NCBI GenBank assembly: GCA_044229145.1
Contig: JBGATO010000001.1
Location: 1-64,000, forward strand
Direction of reading: 5' to 3'
Length of the DNA stretch: 64,000 nucleotides
Origin: Candidatus Eiseniibacteriota bacterium
GTDB lineage: Bacteria > Eisenbacteria > RBG-16-71-46 > CAZEPH01
Shown: positions 36,661 to 46,245 of the stretch, piece by piece
Layout: every line of letters begins with the position of its first letter
Position numbering within the stretch: position 1 is the first letter of the stretch
Translations under genes and position numbers: made by a program
The notes under the pieces: generated by a model
What the model saw: only the letters and a program-made list of their open reading frames with translations
Databases searched by the model: none
Told to the model about the DNA's origin: nothing

Positions 36661-37701
36661 ATGGGAGGCGCGCACGCCGCCGGCATCCAGCCGGCGAAGG
36701 CCCGTCTCCTGGCGCCCACCCTTCACCTGGAGGCACCTACGCGCGCGCTCGTTCTCGACGATGGTCTGTCGCTGCACGCGACGGCGCCGGAGCCCGTCGC
36801 GGGGCCCGGCGAGGCCGTGGTTCGTGTCCACCTTGCTGGTATTTGCGGCACCGACCTCGAGCTCCTGAAGGGTTATTGGCGATTTCGGGGTGTCCCGGGC
36901 CATGAGTTCGTCGGGCAGGTGCTCGAGGCCCCAGACGCCGCCTGGGTCGGCCGCTGGGTGGTCGGCGAGATCAACTGTAGCTGCCACCACTGCCCCACCT
37001 GCCTCGCCGGACGCCCGCGGCACTGCCCCACCCGCACCGTCCTCGGCATCGAGGGTCGCGACGGGGCCTTCGCCGACCTGCTGCGCCTGCCGCTCGAGAA
37101 TCTGCATGCGGTCCCAGATGGCCTCACCCCCGAGCAGGCGGTCTTCGTCGAACCGCTCGCGGCGTGCTTTCGCATCCTCGAACAGGTCGCGATGACCCCC
37201 GGCGATCGGGTCGCGGTGCTCGGCGACGGGCGGCTCGGCGTGCTCGCCGCGCAAGTGCTCGCCACCACCGGAGCCGAGGTGCTGCTGATCGGCCGCCACG
37301 AGCGCAAGCTCGCGGTGGCATCCTCTCTCGGCCTTGCGACGCGCCCGGCAGACCGCGGCCTGGACGATCTGGCGGCGCGGCTCGACGTGGTCGTGGATGC
37401 CACGGGATCGCCGAGCGGCCTGCACGACGCCATGCGCCTCGTACGGCCCGAAGGCACGGTGGTGATGAAGACGACCGTGGCCGGGGCGATTCCGCTCGAG
37501 GGCGGCATGGTCGTGGTGCCGGAGGTCCGCATCGTGGGGTCGCGCTGTGGGCCGTTCGCCCCGGCACTCGAGGCACTGGCACGCGGCACGATCCGCGTCG
37601 ATGCGCTGGTGTCGGCGATCTATCCGGTGGCCCAGTGGAGCAAGGCATTCGACGCGGCGGGGACGCCGGGACACTGGAAGGTGCTGCTGCGGTTTGCCTG
37701 A
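36661..37701 (+). CDS. Zn-dependent alcohol dehydrogenase (MDR family)
   Basis: 'GICGTD', 'GHEFVG', 'CHHCPTC...HC', 'GDGRLG'. Confidence 0.9.
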   Translation: MGGAHAAGIQPAKARLLAPTLHLEAPTRALVLDDGLSLHATAPEPVAGPGEAVVRVHLAGICGTDLELLKGYWRFRGVPGHEFVGQVLEAPDAAWVGRWVVGEINCSCHHCPTCLAGRPRHCPTRTVLGIEGRDGAFADLLRLPLENLHAVPDGLTPEQAVFVEPLAACFRILEQVAMTPGDRVAVLGDGRLGVLAAQVLATTGAEVLLIGRHERKLAVASSLGLATRPADRGLDDLAARLDVVVDATGSPSGLHDAMRLVRPEGTVVMKTTVAGAIPLEGGMVVVPEVRIVGSRCGPFAPALEALARGTIRVDALVSAIYPVAQWSKAFDAAGTPGHWKVLLRFA

Positions 37702-37709
37702 GGCGGGAT

Positions 37710-38023
37710 GGAAAGAGCCGTGGAGCAAGTAGACTCTCGCGAGTCTCCCGCGCACGGCTCCGCTGGTGTGGCGGCCTCCGTGCCCGGATCTCACCCCACG
37801 GCTCCCCTGGTTACCCCCTGACACCCAAACAGCGGTGCCGCGAGACATCTGCGAGCAACTGATGTATCGACTGCCTCGCGCCTGCCGCGCGACGCCAACA
37901 GCCGGCGCGCGACCTACGGGAGGCGGGGAAACTGCCCGCGCGGAGAACCCGCACGGTCAGGGGCGACGGACCGAGGTCCGTCAGAGTGGGGGATCGAGGA
38001 GAGGAGGTGCTTTGCCCAAGCAA
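37710..38023 (-). ncRNA. Candidate structured ncRNA of unknown family (strand tentative)
   Basis: Nested stems over about 310 nt, upstream TTGACC-17-CATACT on the minus strand, 3' hairpin followed by TTT. Confidence 0.35.
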
Positions 38024-38032
38024 CGTGAAAGT

Positions 38033-38869
38033 ATGAGGTCAAGCGGCGATTCGGTCAACCCACCGGCGCGCCCGGCCGCCACCACCGCGGTGCGGCGCGT
38101 CGCCCGCGCAGCCGCCGCGGACGCCGCCGACTACCTGCTGCGCCAATTCCATCGCCCCCGCCACGTCCGGCACAAGGGCCTCATCGACCTGGTGACGGAT
38201 GCGGACACCGGCGCGGAACGCCGCATCCTGGGCGCGATTCGCCGGGCCTTCCCCGCGGACGCGATCCTGAGCGAAGAGGACGGCGGCGCGATCGATCCGG
38301 CACGGCGCACCTGGATCGTCGACCCGCTCGACGGCACCACCAACTACGCGCACGGCTATCCATTCTACGCGGTGTCGATCGGCGTGGCGCGGGCCGGGGT
38401 GGTCGAGTACGGCCTCGTGGTGGCCCCCTCGTTCGGCGAGACCTTCGAGGCGGTGCGCGGGGGTGGCGCGCGACGCAACGGTCGCCGCATCGCGGTGAGC
38501 GATACCGCGCGGCTGCGCGAGGCCTTCCTGGTGACCGGCTTCCCGTACGATGTGCATACCAGCGGCACCAACCTGTGCGAGTTTTCGCGGCTGGCGCGCC
38601 GCGCGCTGGCGATTCGCCGCGACGGCGCGGCGGCCCTCGACCTCGCCTACGTCGCGTGCGGCCGGTTCGATGGATTCTGGGAAGCGAAGTTGAGTCCGTG
38701 GGACGTCGCCGCCGGACGCCTGCTGGTCACCGAAGCGGGAGGCCGCGTGTCCACCTGGGCCGGGCGGCCCTACGCCTGGGGTGATCCGCTCCTCGCCACC
38801 AACGGCCGGATCCACGCAGCGGTGCGACGCGTTCTCGAAGCTGCTGGCTGCGCCTGCCCGGCGGGATGA
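38033..38869 (+). CDS. suhB: Inositol monophosphatase family protein
   Basis: 'DLVTDAD', 'SEE', 'WIVDPLDGTTNY', 'WDVAAG'; start uncertain (38012, 38033 or 38090). Confidence 0.9.
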   Translation: MRSSGDSVNPPARPAATTAVRRVARAAAADAADYLLRQFHRPRHVRHKGLIDLVTDADTGAERRILGAIRRAFPADAILSEEDGGAIDPARRTWIVDPLDGTTNYAHGYPFYAVSIGVARAGVVEYGLVVAPSFGETFEAVRGGGARRNGRRIAVSDTARLREAFLVTGFPYDVHTSGTNLCEFSRLARRALAIRRDGAAALDLAYVACGRFDGFWEAKLSPWDVAAGRLLVTEAGGRVSTWAGRPYAWGDPLLATNGRIHAAVRRVLEAAGCACPAG

Positions 38870-38924
38870 TCCTCCACTTGAGCAACGGCCAACTCACTCG
38901 CCTGTCAATCCTTATGGCACTTGG

Positions 38925-39437
38925 TTAACGTACCGTCGGCACGGGCTCCGGCTCCCGTGGCGGGGCCGGCGCCGTGTCCCCGCCTGCCTGAGTCCTCGCG
39001 GCGGCCGCCGCGATCTGCGGCATCGTGAGTGCGGTGATGTGCTCCACGGCCAGCCGGGCGCTGACCCGCAAGGTGGAGCCCATGACCTGCACGCCGGTCA
39101 CCATTACCCACGGCGCGAGTTGCGGCACCGCGATGACCATGCGGCCGCTCTCGTCGTCCCACCCGACCTCGGGCCGCGCCAGGTGCGTGACCACGCGCTT
39201 CAAGAGCACGTGACCGAGGCCGCGGCGGAAGCGAAACGCCAGTCCCCCGTGCGGCGTCGCGTCGATCTCCTCGACGCGCAGCGCCACCGTGCTGGCGATC
39301 GGCCCGATCCCGACCCGCGCGTGGATGCGTGGTGCGCCGGACGGAAAACTCACGGCGACGTTCTGCACGAACGGCGGCGCCAGCCGCAGGGACGCCAGCG
39401 CCCGGTTGATGTCGTCTTCGTCGAGGAAGATCTCCAT
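38925..39437 (-). CDS. Hypothetical protein
   Basis: 170 aa, GGAGG upstream, protein-like composition. Confidence 0.6.
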   Translation of the reverse strand: MEIFLDEDDINRALASLRLAPPFVQNVAVSFPSGAPRIHARVGIGPIASTVALRVEEIDATPHGGLAFRFRRGLGHVLLKRVVTHLARPEVGWDDESGRMVIAVPQLAPWVMVTGVQVMGSTLRVSARLAVEHITALTMPQIAAAAARTQAGGDTAPAPPREPEPVPTVR

Positions 39438-39440
39438 CGC

Positions 39441-39659
39441 TCACGCCCCTCCTGGGTCGAGCACCGACACTGCCAGATGCAGGCCACGCCCCGGCTCGCA
39501 CGCCACGCCCATGCGGACGCCGAGGCTGCCCTGTCCGATCGCCGCGCGGATTTCGACGCCGCCGGGCACCACGCGCACGGTGGCGGCCTGCACGACCTCG
39601 CGGGGGCTCAGCGCCTGCACCAGTTCGCCCAACTCGTCCTCGTCGATGTAGACGTGCAT
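39441..39659 (-). CDS. Small hypothetical protein resembling the N-terminus of the next gene
   Basis: 72 aa, GGAGG RBS, 3-nt gap to the next gene. Confidence 0.55.
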   Translation of the reverse strand: MHVYIDEDELGELVQALSPREVVQAATVRVVPGGVEIRAAIGQGSLGVRMGVACEPGRGLHLAVSVLDPGGA

Positions 39660-39693
39660 GTGATCCTCCGGGCGATGCGGGGCGACGGCGCGA

Positions 39694-41259
39694 TCAGGCC
39701 GACGGGATGGTGTGGCCGGCGAGCAGGCTGGTGCCGGTCATGCGCGGGTGCGGCGGAATGCCCATGAGGGCCAGCAATGTCGGCGAGACATCGGCCAGAC
39801 GCCCGGCCGCGAGCCCGCACTGCAGACCGCGCGGGGGAATGAGGTGGAGCGGCACCGGATTCAGGGTGTGCGCGGTATGCGGTTCACCGGTGAGCGGGTC
39901 ACGCATCATCTCGGCATTGCCGTGGTCGGCGGTCAGGAGGAGTACGGCGCCGGTCTCTTCCACGGCGCGCACGATCTCGCCCACCGCGCGGTCCACCGCC
40001 TCGATCGCCTTCAGCGTCGGCTCCATCATGCCGGTGTGCCCCACCATGTCCGCATTGGCGAAGTTGCACACGGTGAGCGCGTAGCGCCCGCCGCGAATGC
40101 GCTGCACGACTTCGGCACCGACCTCGGGCGCGCTCATCTCCGGCTGCAGGTCATAGGTCGCCACCTTGGGCGACGGGATCAGGCAGCGGTCTTCCTGCGG
40201 CCACGGCTGTTCGATGCCGCCGCTGAAGAAGTACGTGACGTGCGCGTACTTCTCGGTCTCCGCGATGCGCAATTGCGCGAGGCCGAGGCCGCCGACGATC
40301 TCGCCGATGGTGTGATCGAGCAGTTGCGGCGGATACGCGACAGGCACGTCGAGCGTCGCGTCGTACATCGTCAACGTGGCGACGTGAACGCGCGGACGGC
40401 GCGGGCGCGCGAAGCCGTCGAATGCGGCGTCGGTGAGCGCGCGGGTGATTTCGCGGGCACGGTCGGGGCGGAAGTTGAAAACGAGGACACTGTCGCCGTC
40501 GGCGATCGGTGCGCGCGGGGTGCCGTCGGTGCGGCGGATCACGGTGGGCTGCACGAACTCGTCGTTCTCGTCGCGCGCGTACGCGGCTTCCACGGCGTCG
40601 CGCGCCGACGATGCGCTCGCCCCTTCGCCATCGACGAGTACCGCCCAGCCGCGCTGCACGCGCTCCCAGCGCTTGTCGCGATCCATCGTGTAGTAGCGGC
40701 CGGCGACGCTGGCGATCTCGCCGGTGCCGCACGACGCCAACGCGGCTTCGAGCCGTTCGAGGTAGCCGAGCGCCGAACGTGGCGGCACGTCGCGTCCATC
40801 GAGCAACGCATGGATCGCGATGCGCCGCGCCCCGCGATCGCGCGCCAACCGCACCAGCGCTTCGAGATGATCTAGGTGACTGTGTACACCGCCGTCACTC
40901 ACCAAACCGAGCAGATGCAGCGTGCCGCCGCCACGCACCGCGACGTCCACCGCTTCGCACAACACGGGATTGGTGAAGAAGTCGCCGTCGCGGATCGCCT
41001 TGCTGATGCGCGTGAGTTCCTGGTACACGATGCGGCCGGCGCCCATGTTCATGTGGCCGACTTCCGAGTTGCCCATCTGCCCGTCGGGCAGCCCGACGGC
41101 CTCACCGCACGTCACCAGCTGCGACATGGGATAGAGCGCGGCGAGGCGGTCCATCGCCGGCGTGTGCGCGAGCGCGATGGCGTTGTCCTCCCGTTCGGCG
41201 CGGAGTCCCCAGCCATCGAGGACGACGAGCACCGCGGGGTGGATCGGGCGATCGGCCAT
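39694..41259 (-). CDS. gpmI: 2,3-bisphosphoglycerate-independent phosphoglycerate mutase
   Basis: 'LDGWG', 'QMGNSEVGH', 'SDGGVHSH', 'ETEKYAHVT', 'DMVGHTG', 'TADHGN'. Confidence 0.97.
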   Translation of the reverse strand: MADRPIHPAVLVVLDGWGLRAEREDNAIALAHTPAMDRLAALYPMSQLVTCGEAVGLPDGQMGNSEVGHMNMGAGRIVYQELTRISKAIRDGDFFTNPVLCEAVDVAVRGGGTLHLLGLVSDGGVHSHLDHLEALVRLARDRGARRIAIHALLDGRDVPPRSALGYLERLEAALASCGTGEIASVAGRYYTMDRDKRWERVQRGWAVLVDGEGASASSARDAVEAAYARDENDEFVQPTVIRRTDGTPRAPIADGDSVLVFNFRPDRAREITRALTDAAFDGFARPRRPRVHVATLTMYDATLDVPVAYPPQLLDHTIGEIVGGLGLAQLRIAETEKYAHVTYFFSGGIEQPWPQEDRCLIPSPKVATYDLQPEMSAPEVGAEVVQRIRGGRYALTVCNFANADMVGHTGMMEPTLKAIEAVDRAVGEIVRAVEETGAVLLLTADHGNAEMMRDPLTGEPHTAHTLNPVPLHLIPPRGLQCGLAAGRLADVSPTLLALMGIPPHPRMTGTSLLAGHTIPSA

Positions 41260-41265
41260 GCGCGT

Positions 41266-41598
41266 CTACCAGTACAACATGCGGCCGCAGCTCTCGCACA
41301 ACTGCGGATCGGCCTGATTCGGGTTCGGCGGCAGCGCGCCGGTCGGCATCGCGTTGAAACAGCCCATGCACATGCGATCGTCCACCGGCACCACGGCGCG
41401 GCCATAGCGCTCGCGCAGGCGCTCGTAGAGTTTGAGCCAGCGCGGCGGAATGTCGGCGGCGAGGTTCTCGCGCGCCACACGAATCTTTTCGACGTTCTGC
41501 ACCTTGAATCCGAGTTCCGCCTCGAGCCCGCCGGCATCGCGGATCATGTTGTCGAGGTCCTGCAGCTTCACGAGCTGCGCCAGCACGCTATCCTTCAA
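41266..41598 (-). CDS. Short C4-type zinc-ribbon protein
   Basis: 'LVKLQDLD', 'CMGC', 'CESCGRMLY'. Confidence 0.8.
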   Translation of the reverse strand: MKDSVLAQLVKLQDLDNMIRDAGGLEAELGFKVQNVEKIRVARENLAADIPPRWLKLYERLRERYGRAVVPVDDRMCMGCFNAMPTGALPPNPNQADPQLCESCGRMLYW

Positions 41599-42097
41599 AG
41601 CGGTGAGCCTCCACGCAGGCGACGAACTCGTCGAACGTCTCGACCTTGAGCAGCTTCTTGCGGCTCGCCGCGTCCTTCACCAAGTCGACCACGCGGCCGA
41701 GCACCGTGAGGTAGCGGCTCTCCTTGTCCTGCGGCGGCGCGACGATGAGGAAGATGTGGTGGACCGGCTTGTCGTCGATCGCATCGAACGGAATGCCGTC
41801 GAGACTGCGCCCCACCACCACCACTAGCTCGCGCACCGACAGGCTGCGGCCGTGCGGCAGCGCCACGCCCTTGCCGATGCCTGTCGAGCCGAGGCTCTCG
41901 CGCCGGTGCAGCATGTCGAGCAGCAGCGCGCGATCGCGCACCCCACCCCGCTCGACGAGCGCATCGAGCATCTCCTCGAGTGCGGCGTCCTTGGTGGTGG
42001 CGGTGAGATGCGGCAAGAACAGTTCGGCGGTGAAGCATTTGAGGAATTCGCGGATGGCGGGGGCCACCGCGGGCGCGGCAGCGGTCTTCTTGGCCAT
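41588..42097 (-). CDS. PTS IIA (fructose/Ntr-type) domain protein
   Basis: 'RESLGSTGIGKGVALPHGR', 'FDAIDDKPVH'. Confidence 0.9.
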   Translation of the reverse strand: MAKKTAAAPAVAPAIREFLKCFTAELFLPHLTATTKDAALEEMLDALVERGGVRDRALLLDMLHRRESLGSTGIGKGVALPHGRSLSVRELVVVVGRSLDGIPFDAIDDKPVHHIFLIVAPPQDKESRYLTVLGRVVDLVKDAASRKKLLKVETFDEFVACVEAHRFEG

Positions 42098-42202
42098 GAT
42101 CGGGATCTGACCTCCCTGAGTACGGTGCGGCGCCACCCTAGCACCGGCGGGCAGGCCGGGCAAGTCACCCGACCGGACCGCGCGGGGTCCGGGCCGAAAG
42201 CG

Positions 42203-42230
42203 CCGAGGGCGCCGTCGCCGGCGCCCTCGG
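42203..42230 (-). terminator. Terminator after glyA
   Basis: 12-bp stem CCGAGGGCGCCG/CGGCGCCCTCGG, TTT nearby on the minus strand. Confidence 0.55.
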
Positions 42231-42255
42231 AGGTGTTCTGTGATGTCCGCGACCG

Positions 42256-43962
42256 CTATACGGCGCCGAGGTCCGCGCGCAGGCCGTGGTAGATCGGGAA
42301 GCGGCGGCACAGCGTCTCGACGTCGTGGCGCACCGACGCCGCCACCGTGGCGTCGCCGATGTTGTCGAGCACCTTGCCCACCAGCGCGGCGATCTGCTCC
42401 ATCTCTGCCTCGCCCATGCCGCGCGAGGTAATGGCCGGCGTCCCGATGCGCACGCCGCTGGTCACCGCCGGCTTCTGCGGGTCGTACGGAATCGCGTTCT
42501 TGTTGACCGTGATGCCGGCGGCGTGGAGCGCATGTTCCGCGTCCTTGCCCGTGACACCACGCGGTCGCAGGTCGACGAGCAGCGCGTGCGTGTCGGTGCC
42601 ACCGCTCACCATGCGCACACCGGCCTTCGTGAGTCCCGCCGCCAACGCCTGCGCATTGTCGATCACCTGCTTCGCGTAGGCGCGGAACTCCGGCTGCTGC
42701 GCCTCGAGGAAACACACTGCCTTCGCCGCGATGACGTGCATCAGCGGGCCGCCCTGCATGCCGGGGAACGCGACCTTGTCCACCGCCGCCGCGTGTTCGC
42801 TGCGGCACAGGATGAGTCCGCCGCGCGGACCGCGGAGCGTCTTGTGCGTCGTCGTGGTCACGATGTCGGCGAACGGCACCGGGCTCGGGTGCAACCCCGC
42901 GGCGACGAGTCCGGCGATGTGCGCCATGTCCACCACCAGCTTCGCCCCGACTTCATCGGCGATCGAACGGAACGCGGCGAAGTTGAGCACGCGCGGATAC
43001 GCCGACGCGCCGGCGACGAGGATGTCCGGCCGCACCTCGAGCGCCTGCTTGCGCACCTCGTCGTAGTCGATGGTCTCGGTGGTTTCGCTCACGCCGTACT
43101 GTGCGGTCTTGAAGAAGCGGCCGCTGAACGACACCGAGTGCCCGTGCGTGAGGTGCCCGCCGTGCGGCAGCTTGAGACCCATGAGAGTGGCGCCCGGCTC
43201 GACCAGCGCGAAGTACGCGATCATGTTCGCGGTGGCGCCGGAGTGCGGCTGCACGTTGGCGTGGTCGGCGCCGAACAACTGCTTCGCGCGCTCGATCGCC
43301 AGCGATTCCGCGACGTCGACGTGCTCACAGCCACCGTAGTACCGCTTGCCGGGATAGCCTTCGGCGTACTTGTTGGTGAGCGGCGAACCGAGCGCCTCGA
43401 GCACCGCTTCGCTGACGATGTTCTCGCTGGCGATGAGTTCGAGCGTGAGCTGCTGGCGCTCGATCTCGTGCTGGATGGCCGCGTGGACTTCGGGGTCGCG
43501 CGCGGCGACCTTCGTCCAGCGCTGGTCGGCTTCCGCCGCGGAGATCTGCGCGACGCGACGGGCGTGACGGCCGCCCTCGAACGGCGCGCCGAGGAACGCG
43601 TCGACGATCGTCTTCGGCGTGTCGCCGGCGAGGTCGTCGGCACCGAGCACCACGACATTGGCGTCGTTGTGCGCGCGGGCGCGCGTCGCGTCGGCGGCCG
43701 AGCCGCAGACCACGGCGCGCACGCCATTGCCCTTGTTGGCGGCGATCGCCATGCCGAAGCCGCTGCCGCACACCAGCACGCCGCGCGTCGCGGCGCCGGA
43801 GGCGATGTCGGCCGCGACCTGCGCGGCGAAGAGCGGGTAGTCGACAGCGGTCTCGTCGTGCGTGCCGTGGTCGATCACGTCATGTCCGGCGGCGCGCACG
43901 TGCGCCACCAGCTGCGCCAAACAGGCGGCGCCGCGGTGGTCAGCTGCGAAGGCGATGGTCAT
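42256..43962 (-). CDS. glyA: Fused ribose-5-phosphate isomerase B / serine hydroxymethyltransferase
   Basis: RpiB motifs 'ADHRG', 'DYP', 'CGSGFG', 'HNDAN', 'GGRHARR'; then SHMT 'LIASEN', 'YAEGYPG', '[13 protein letters not shown]'. Confidence 0.93.
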   Translation of the reverse strand: MTIAFAADHRGAACLAQLVAHVRAAGHDVIDHGTHDETAVDYPLFAAQVAADIASGAATRGVLVCGSGFGMAIAANKGNGVRAVVCGSAADATRARAHNDANVVVLGADDLAGDTPKTIVDAFLGAPFEGGRHARRVAQISAAEADQRWTKVAARDPEVHAAIQHEIERQQLTLELIASENIVSEAVLEALGSPLTNKYAEGYPGKRYYGGCEHVDVAESLAIERAKQLFGADHANVQPHSGATANMIAYFALVEPGATLMGLKLPHGGHLTHGHSVSFSGRFFKTAQYGVSETTETIDYDEVRKQALEVRPDILVAGASAYPRVLNFAAFRSIADEVGAKLVVDMAHIAGLVAAGLHPSPVPFADIVTTTTHKTLRGPRGGLILCRSEHAAAVDKVAFPGMQGGPLMHVIAAKAVCFLEAQQPEFRAYAKQVIDNAQALAAGLTKAGVRMVSGGTDTHALLVDLRPRGVTGKDAEHALHAAGITVNKNAIPYDPQKPAVTSGVRIGTPAITSRGMGEAEMEQIAALVGKVLDNIGDATVAASVRHDVETLCRRFPIYHGLRADLGAV

Positions 43963-43986
43963 CGAGTGTCCTTGGATGGCGAACGA

Positions 43987-44946
43987 TCAACCGCGCGTCG
44001 GCGCGGCGGCGCCGCGCGGCGCCTCGTGATGGAGCCAGCGGTAGCGATCCGGAGCCGTGCCCTGCAGGATGCCGAAGAACGCTTCCTGCAGTTTCTGCGT
44101 GACAGGGCCGCGGCGGCCGGTGCCCACCGGCTGGCGGTCGATGGTACCGATCGGCGTGATCTCGGCGGCGGTGCCGGTGAAGAACGCTTCGTCAGCGATG
44201 TACAGCATCTCGCGCGGGATCGCTTCCTCACGCACCGGGATGCCGAGGTCGGCGGCCAGCGTCATCACGCAGTCGCGCGTGATCCCGGGCAGCACGCTCG
44301 ACGCCAACGGCGGCGTGAGCAACGTCCCGCGCCAGTAGACGAACAGATTCTCGCCCGAGCCTTCGCTGACGCGGCCCGAACTGTCGAGCGCGATGCCTTC
44401 GTCGTAGCCATCCTCGCGCGCTTCCATCTTGATCAACTGCGAGTTCATGTAGTTCGCCGCGCTCTTGGCGAGCGTCGGCAGCGTGTTCGGCGCCAAGCGC
44501 GTCCACGACGACACGCGCACGTTGGCGCCCTTCTCGAACGCTTCCGGCCCGAGGTACTTGCCCCACGCGAAGCCGGCCACCGCGACATCGACCGGGAAGC
44601 CGGCCGGATCCACACCGAGCGACTTGCCGTTGTAGCCGAGGAAGACCACCGGGCGCAGATAGCATTCCTCGAACTCGTTGTCGCGCACCACGGCGTCGCA
44701 CGCCTCGATCAACGTCTCGATCGGGAACGGCACGGCCATGCGGTAGATCTTGCACGAATCGTAGAGGCGCTCGAGGTGGCGTTCGAGACGGAAGATCGCC
44801 GGGCCTTGCGGCGTCGAGTAACAGCGAATGCCTTCGAACAAACTGCTGCCGTAGTGGACGACGTGCGAGAGAAGGTGAATCTGGGCCTCGTTCCACGGCA
44901 CCATCTTCCCGTTGAACCAGATTGTCGAACGGGTGTCGAACGGCAT
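43987..44946 (-). CDS. ilvE: Branched-chain amino acid aminotransferase
   Basis: 'HYGSSLFEGIR', 'AKSAANY', 'EGSGENLF', 'LPGITR', 'TGTAAEI'. Confidence 0.95.
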   Translation of the reverse strand: MPFDTRSTIWFNGKMVPWNEAQIHLLSHVVHYGSSLFEGIRCYSTPQGPAIFRLERHLERLYDSCKIYRMAVPFPIETLIEACDAVVRDNEFEECYLRPVVFLGYNGKSLGVDPAGFPVDVAVAGFAWGKYLGPEAFEKGANVRVSSWTRLAPNTLPTLAKSAANYMNSQLIKMEAREDGYDEGIALDSSGRVSEGSGENLFVYWRGTLLTPPLASSVLPGITRDCVMTLAADLGIPVREEAIPREMLYIADEAFFTGTAAEITPIGTIDRQPVGTGRRGPVTQKLQEAFFGILQGTAPDRYRWLHHEAPRGAAAPTRG

Positions 44947-44957
44947 GGGTGGCTCCT

Positions 44958-45494
44958 TCAGGTTCCGGGCGTCCCGGGTTCGCGCGATGCGCTCCCGGCT
45001 CCGGGGTGAGCGGCTGGCGCCGCGCCGGCTGCGCGCAACGCGATCTCCGGCAGAATGCGCCGGATGTGCGCATCGAGGTCGTGGATCGTCTGCGTGTATT
45101 CGGACAAGTCGCCGCCAAACGGATCGGGGACGCCCGGCGCTTCAGGGTCCGCCGAGGGACCGAAGCGCGTGAGCAAGTGCGTGCGATCCGCAGCCTCAGG
45201 GACCTCACGGATCACCGCATCATGGTGCGAACGCCCCAGAGCCAGAACAAGGTCCGCGCGACGGACCAATTCCCGCGTCAGCGGCTGTGCGAGATGCCGG
45301 GAGAGATCGGCGCCGAGCGATGCGGCCGCCAAGATCGCGTTGAGCGCCGCCGGCTCCCCCTCCGCGGCGGCCGTGCCGGCGGACACCACCTGGACCCCGC
45401 CGATCGCGGCCTCGCTCAGACGATGCCGCAAGACCGCTTCCGCCATCGGACTACGGCAGGTGTTGCCCGAGCACACGAACAGGATCGTCAACAT
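44958..45494 (-). CDS. Low-molecular-weight protein Tyr/Arg phosphatase (YwlE-like)
   Basis: P-loop 'CSGNTCRS', 'SAGT', 'DPFGG'. Confidence 0.9.
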   Translation of the reverse strand: MLTILFVCSGNTCRSPMAEAVLRHRLSEAAIGGVQVVSAGTAAAEGEPAALNAILAAASLGADLSRHLAQPLTRELVRRADLVLALGRSHHDAVIREVPEAADRTHLLTRFGPSADPEAPGVPDPFGGDLSEYTQTIHDLDAHIRRILPEIALRAAGAAPAAHPGAGSASREPGTPGT

Positions 45495-45539
45495 GGCGGC
45501 GGCAACCTCCTCGCGACGGCGCTCTGACGCTGTGCGCCG

Positions 45540-45569
45540 ATATTAGGAAGCCGCGCGAACGGGCGTCAA
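45540..45569 (-). promoter_or_regulatory. Promoter TTGACG-18-TAATAT
   Basis: -35 at 45564-45569, -10 at 45540-45545. Confidence 0.55.
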
Positions 45570-45597
45570 GGCGACCCCGGCACCCGCCCGGCGCGGT

Positions 45598-46245
45598 CTA
45601 CGTGTCCAGCACCAGCCGGTCGATGATCAGCTCGCCCACCCGCACCAGGCGCGGCGGGTGCTGGCTGACGTCGACGATGGTCGACGGTGCGGTGTGCTGC
45701 GGTGCGCCACCATCGACGATGAGATCCACCGCGTCCCCAAATGCCTCGGCGATCGCGGCGGCGGACGCGAGAGGCGGCTGGCCCGACGGATTGGCCGACG
45801 TGCTGGTGAGCGGCGCTCCCGTGCTGCGGAGCAACGTCTGGAGGAACAGGTTCGCCGGGCACCGGATGGCCACCGTGCCGCCCTCGCCCAGCACCTGCGG
45901 CTCCAGCGTCGGGCGGCCGCCGAACAGCATGGTGAGCGGACCCGGCCAGTAGCGGTCCATCAGCTCGATGGCCGCGGGCGGCACCTGGCGGACCAAGCGC
46001 AAAACGTCGCCAGGCTGTTCGACCAGGAGGATGAGGCCCTTGGAGGCGTCGCGCCCCTTGAGGTCGAGGATACGCGCCAGCGCGCCCGGCCGGTCGGCCC
46101 GGCAGCTGAGGCCGTAGATGGTGTCGGTCGGCACGGCGACCACGCCGTCGTGCTCCAGCACGGTGGCGACATCGCGGCAGACTTCCGGCAGCGGCGTGCG
46201 GTCCAGAGGGATGATGCGGGGTGATCCCACGCGGGTCTCCTTCAA
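45598..46245 (-). CDS. tsaC: Threonylcarbamoyl-AMP synthase (YrdC/TsaC)
   Basis: 'PTDTIYGL', 'KGR', 'WPGPLT', 'STSANPSG'. Confidence 0.92.
   Translation of the reverse strand: MKETRVGSPRIIPLDRTPLPEVCRDVATVLEHDGVVAVPTDTIYGLSCRADRPGALARILDLKGRDASKGLILLVEQPGDVLRLVRQVPPAAIELMDRYWPGPLTMLFGGRPTLEPQVLGEGGTVAIRCPANLFLQTLLRSTGAPLTSTSANPSGQPPLASAAAIAEAFGDAVDLIVDGGAPQHTAPSTIVDVSQHPPRLVRVGELIIDRLVLDT

Noticed and set aside
37811..38023. 70-aa minus-strand ORF within the candidate ncRNA
   Set aside because: TTG start, no RBS, shadow-like composition; cannot be fully excluded as a leaderless peptide.
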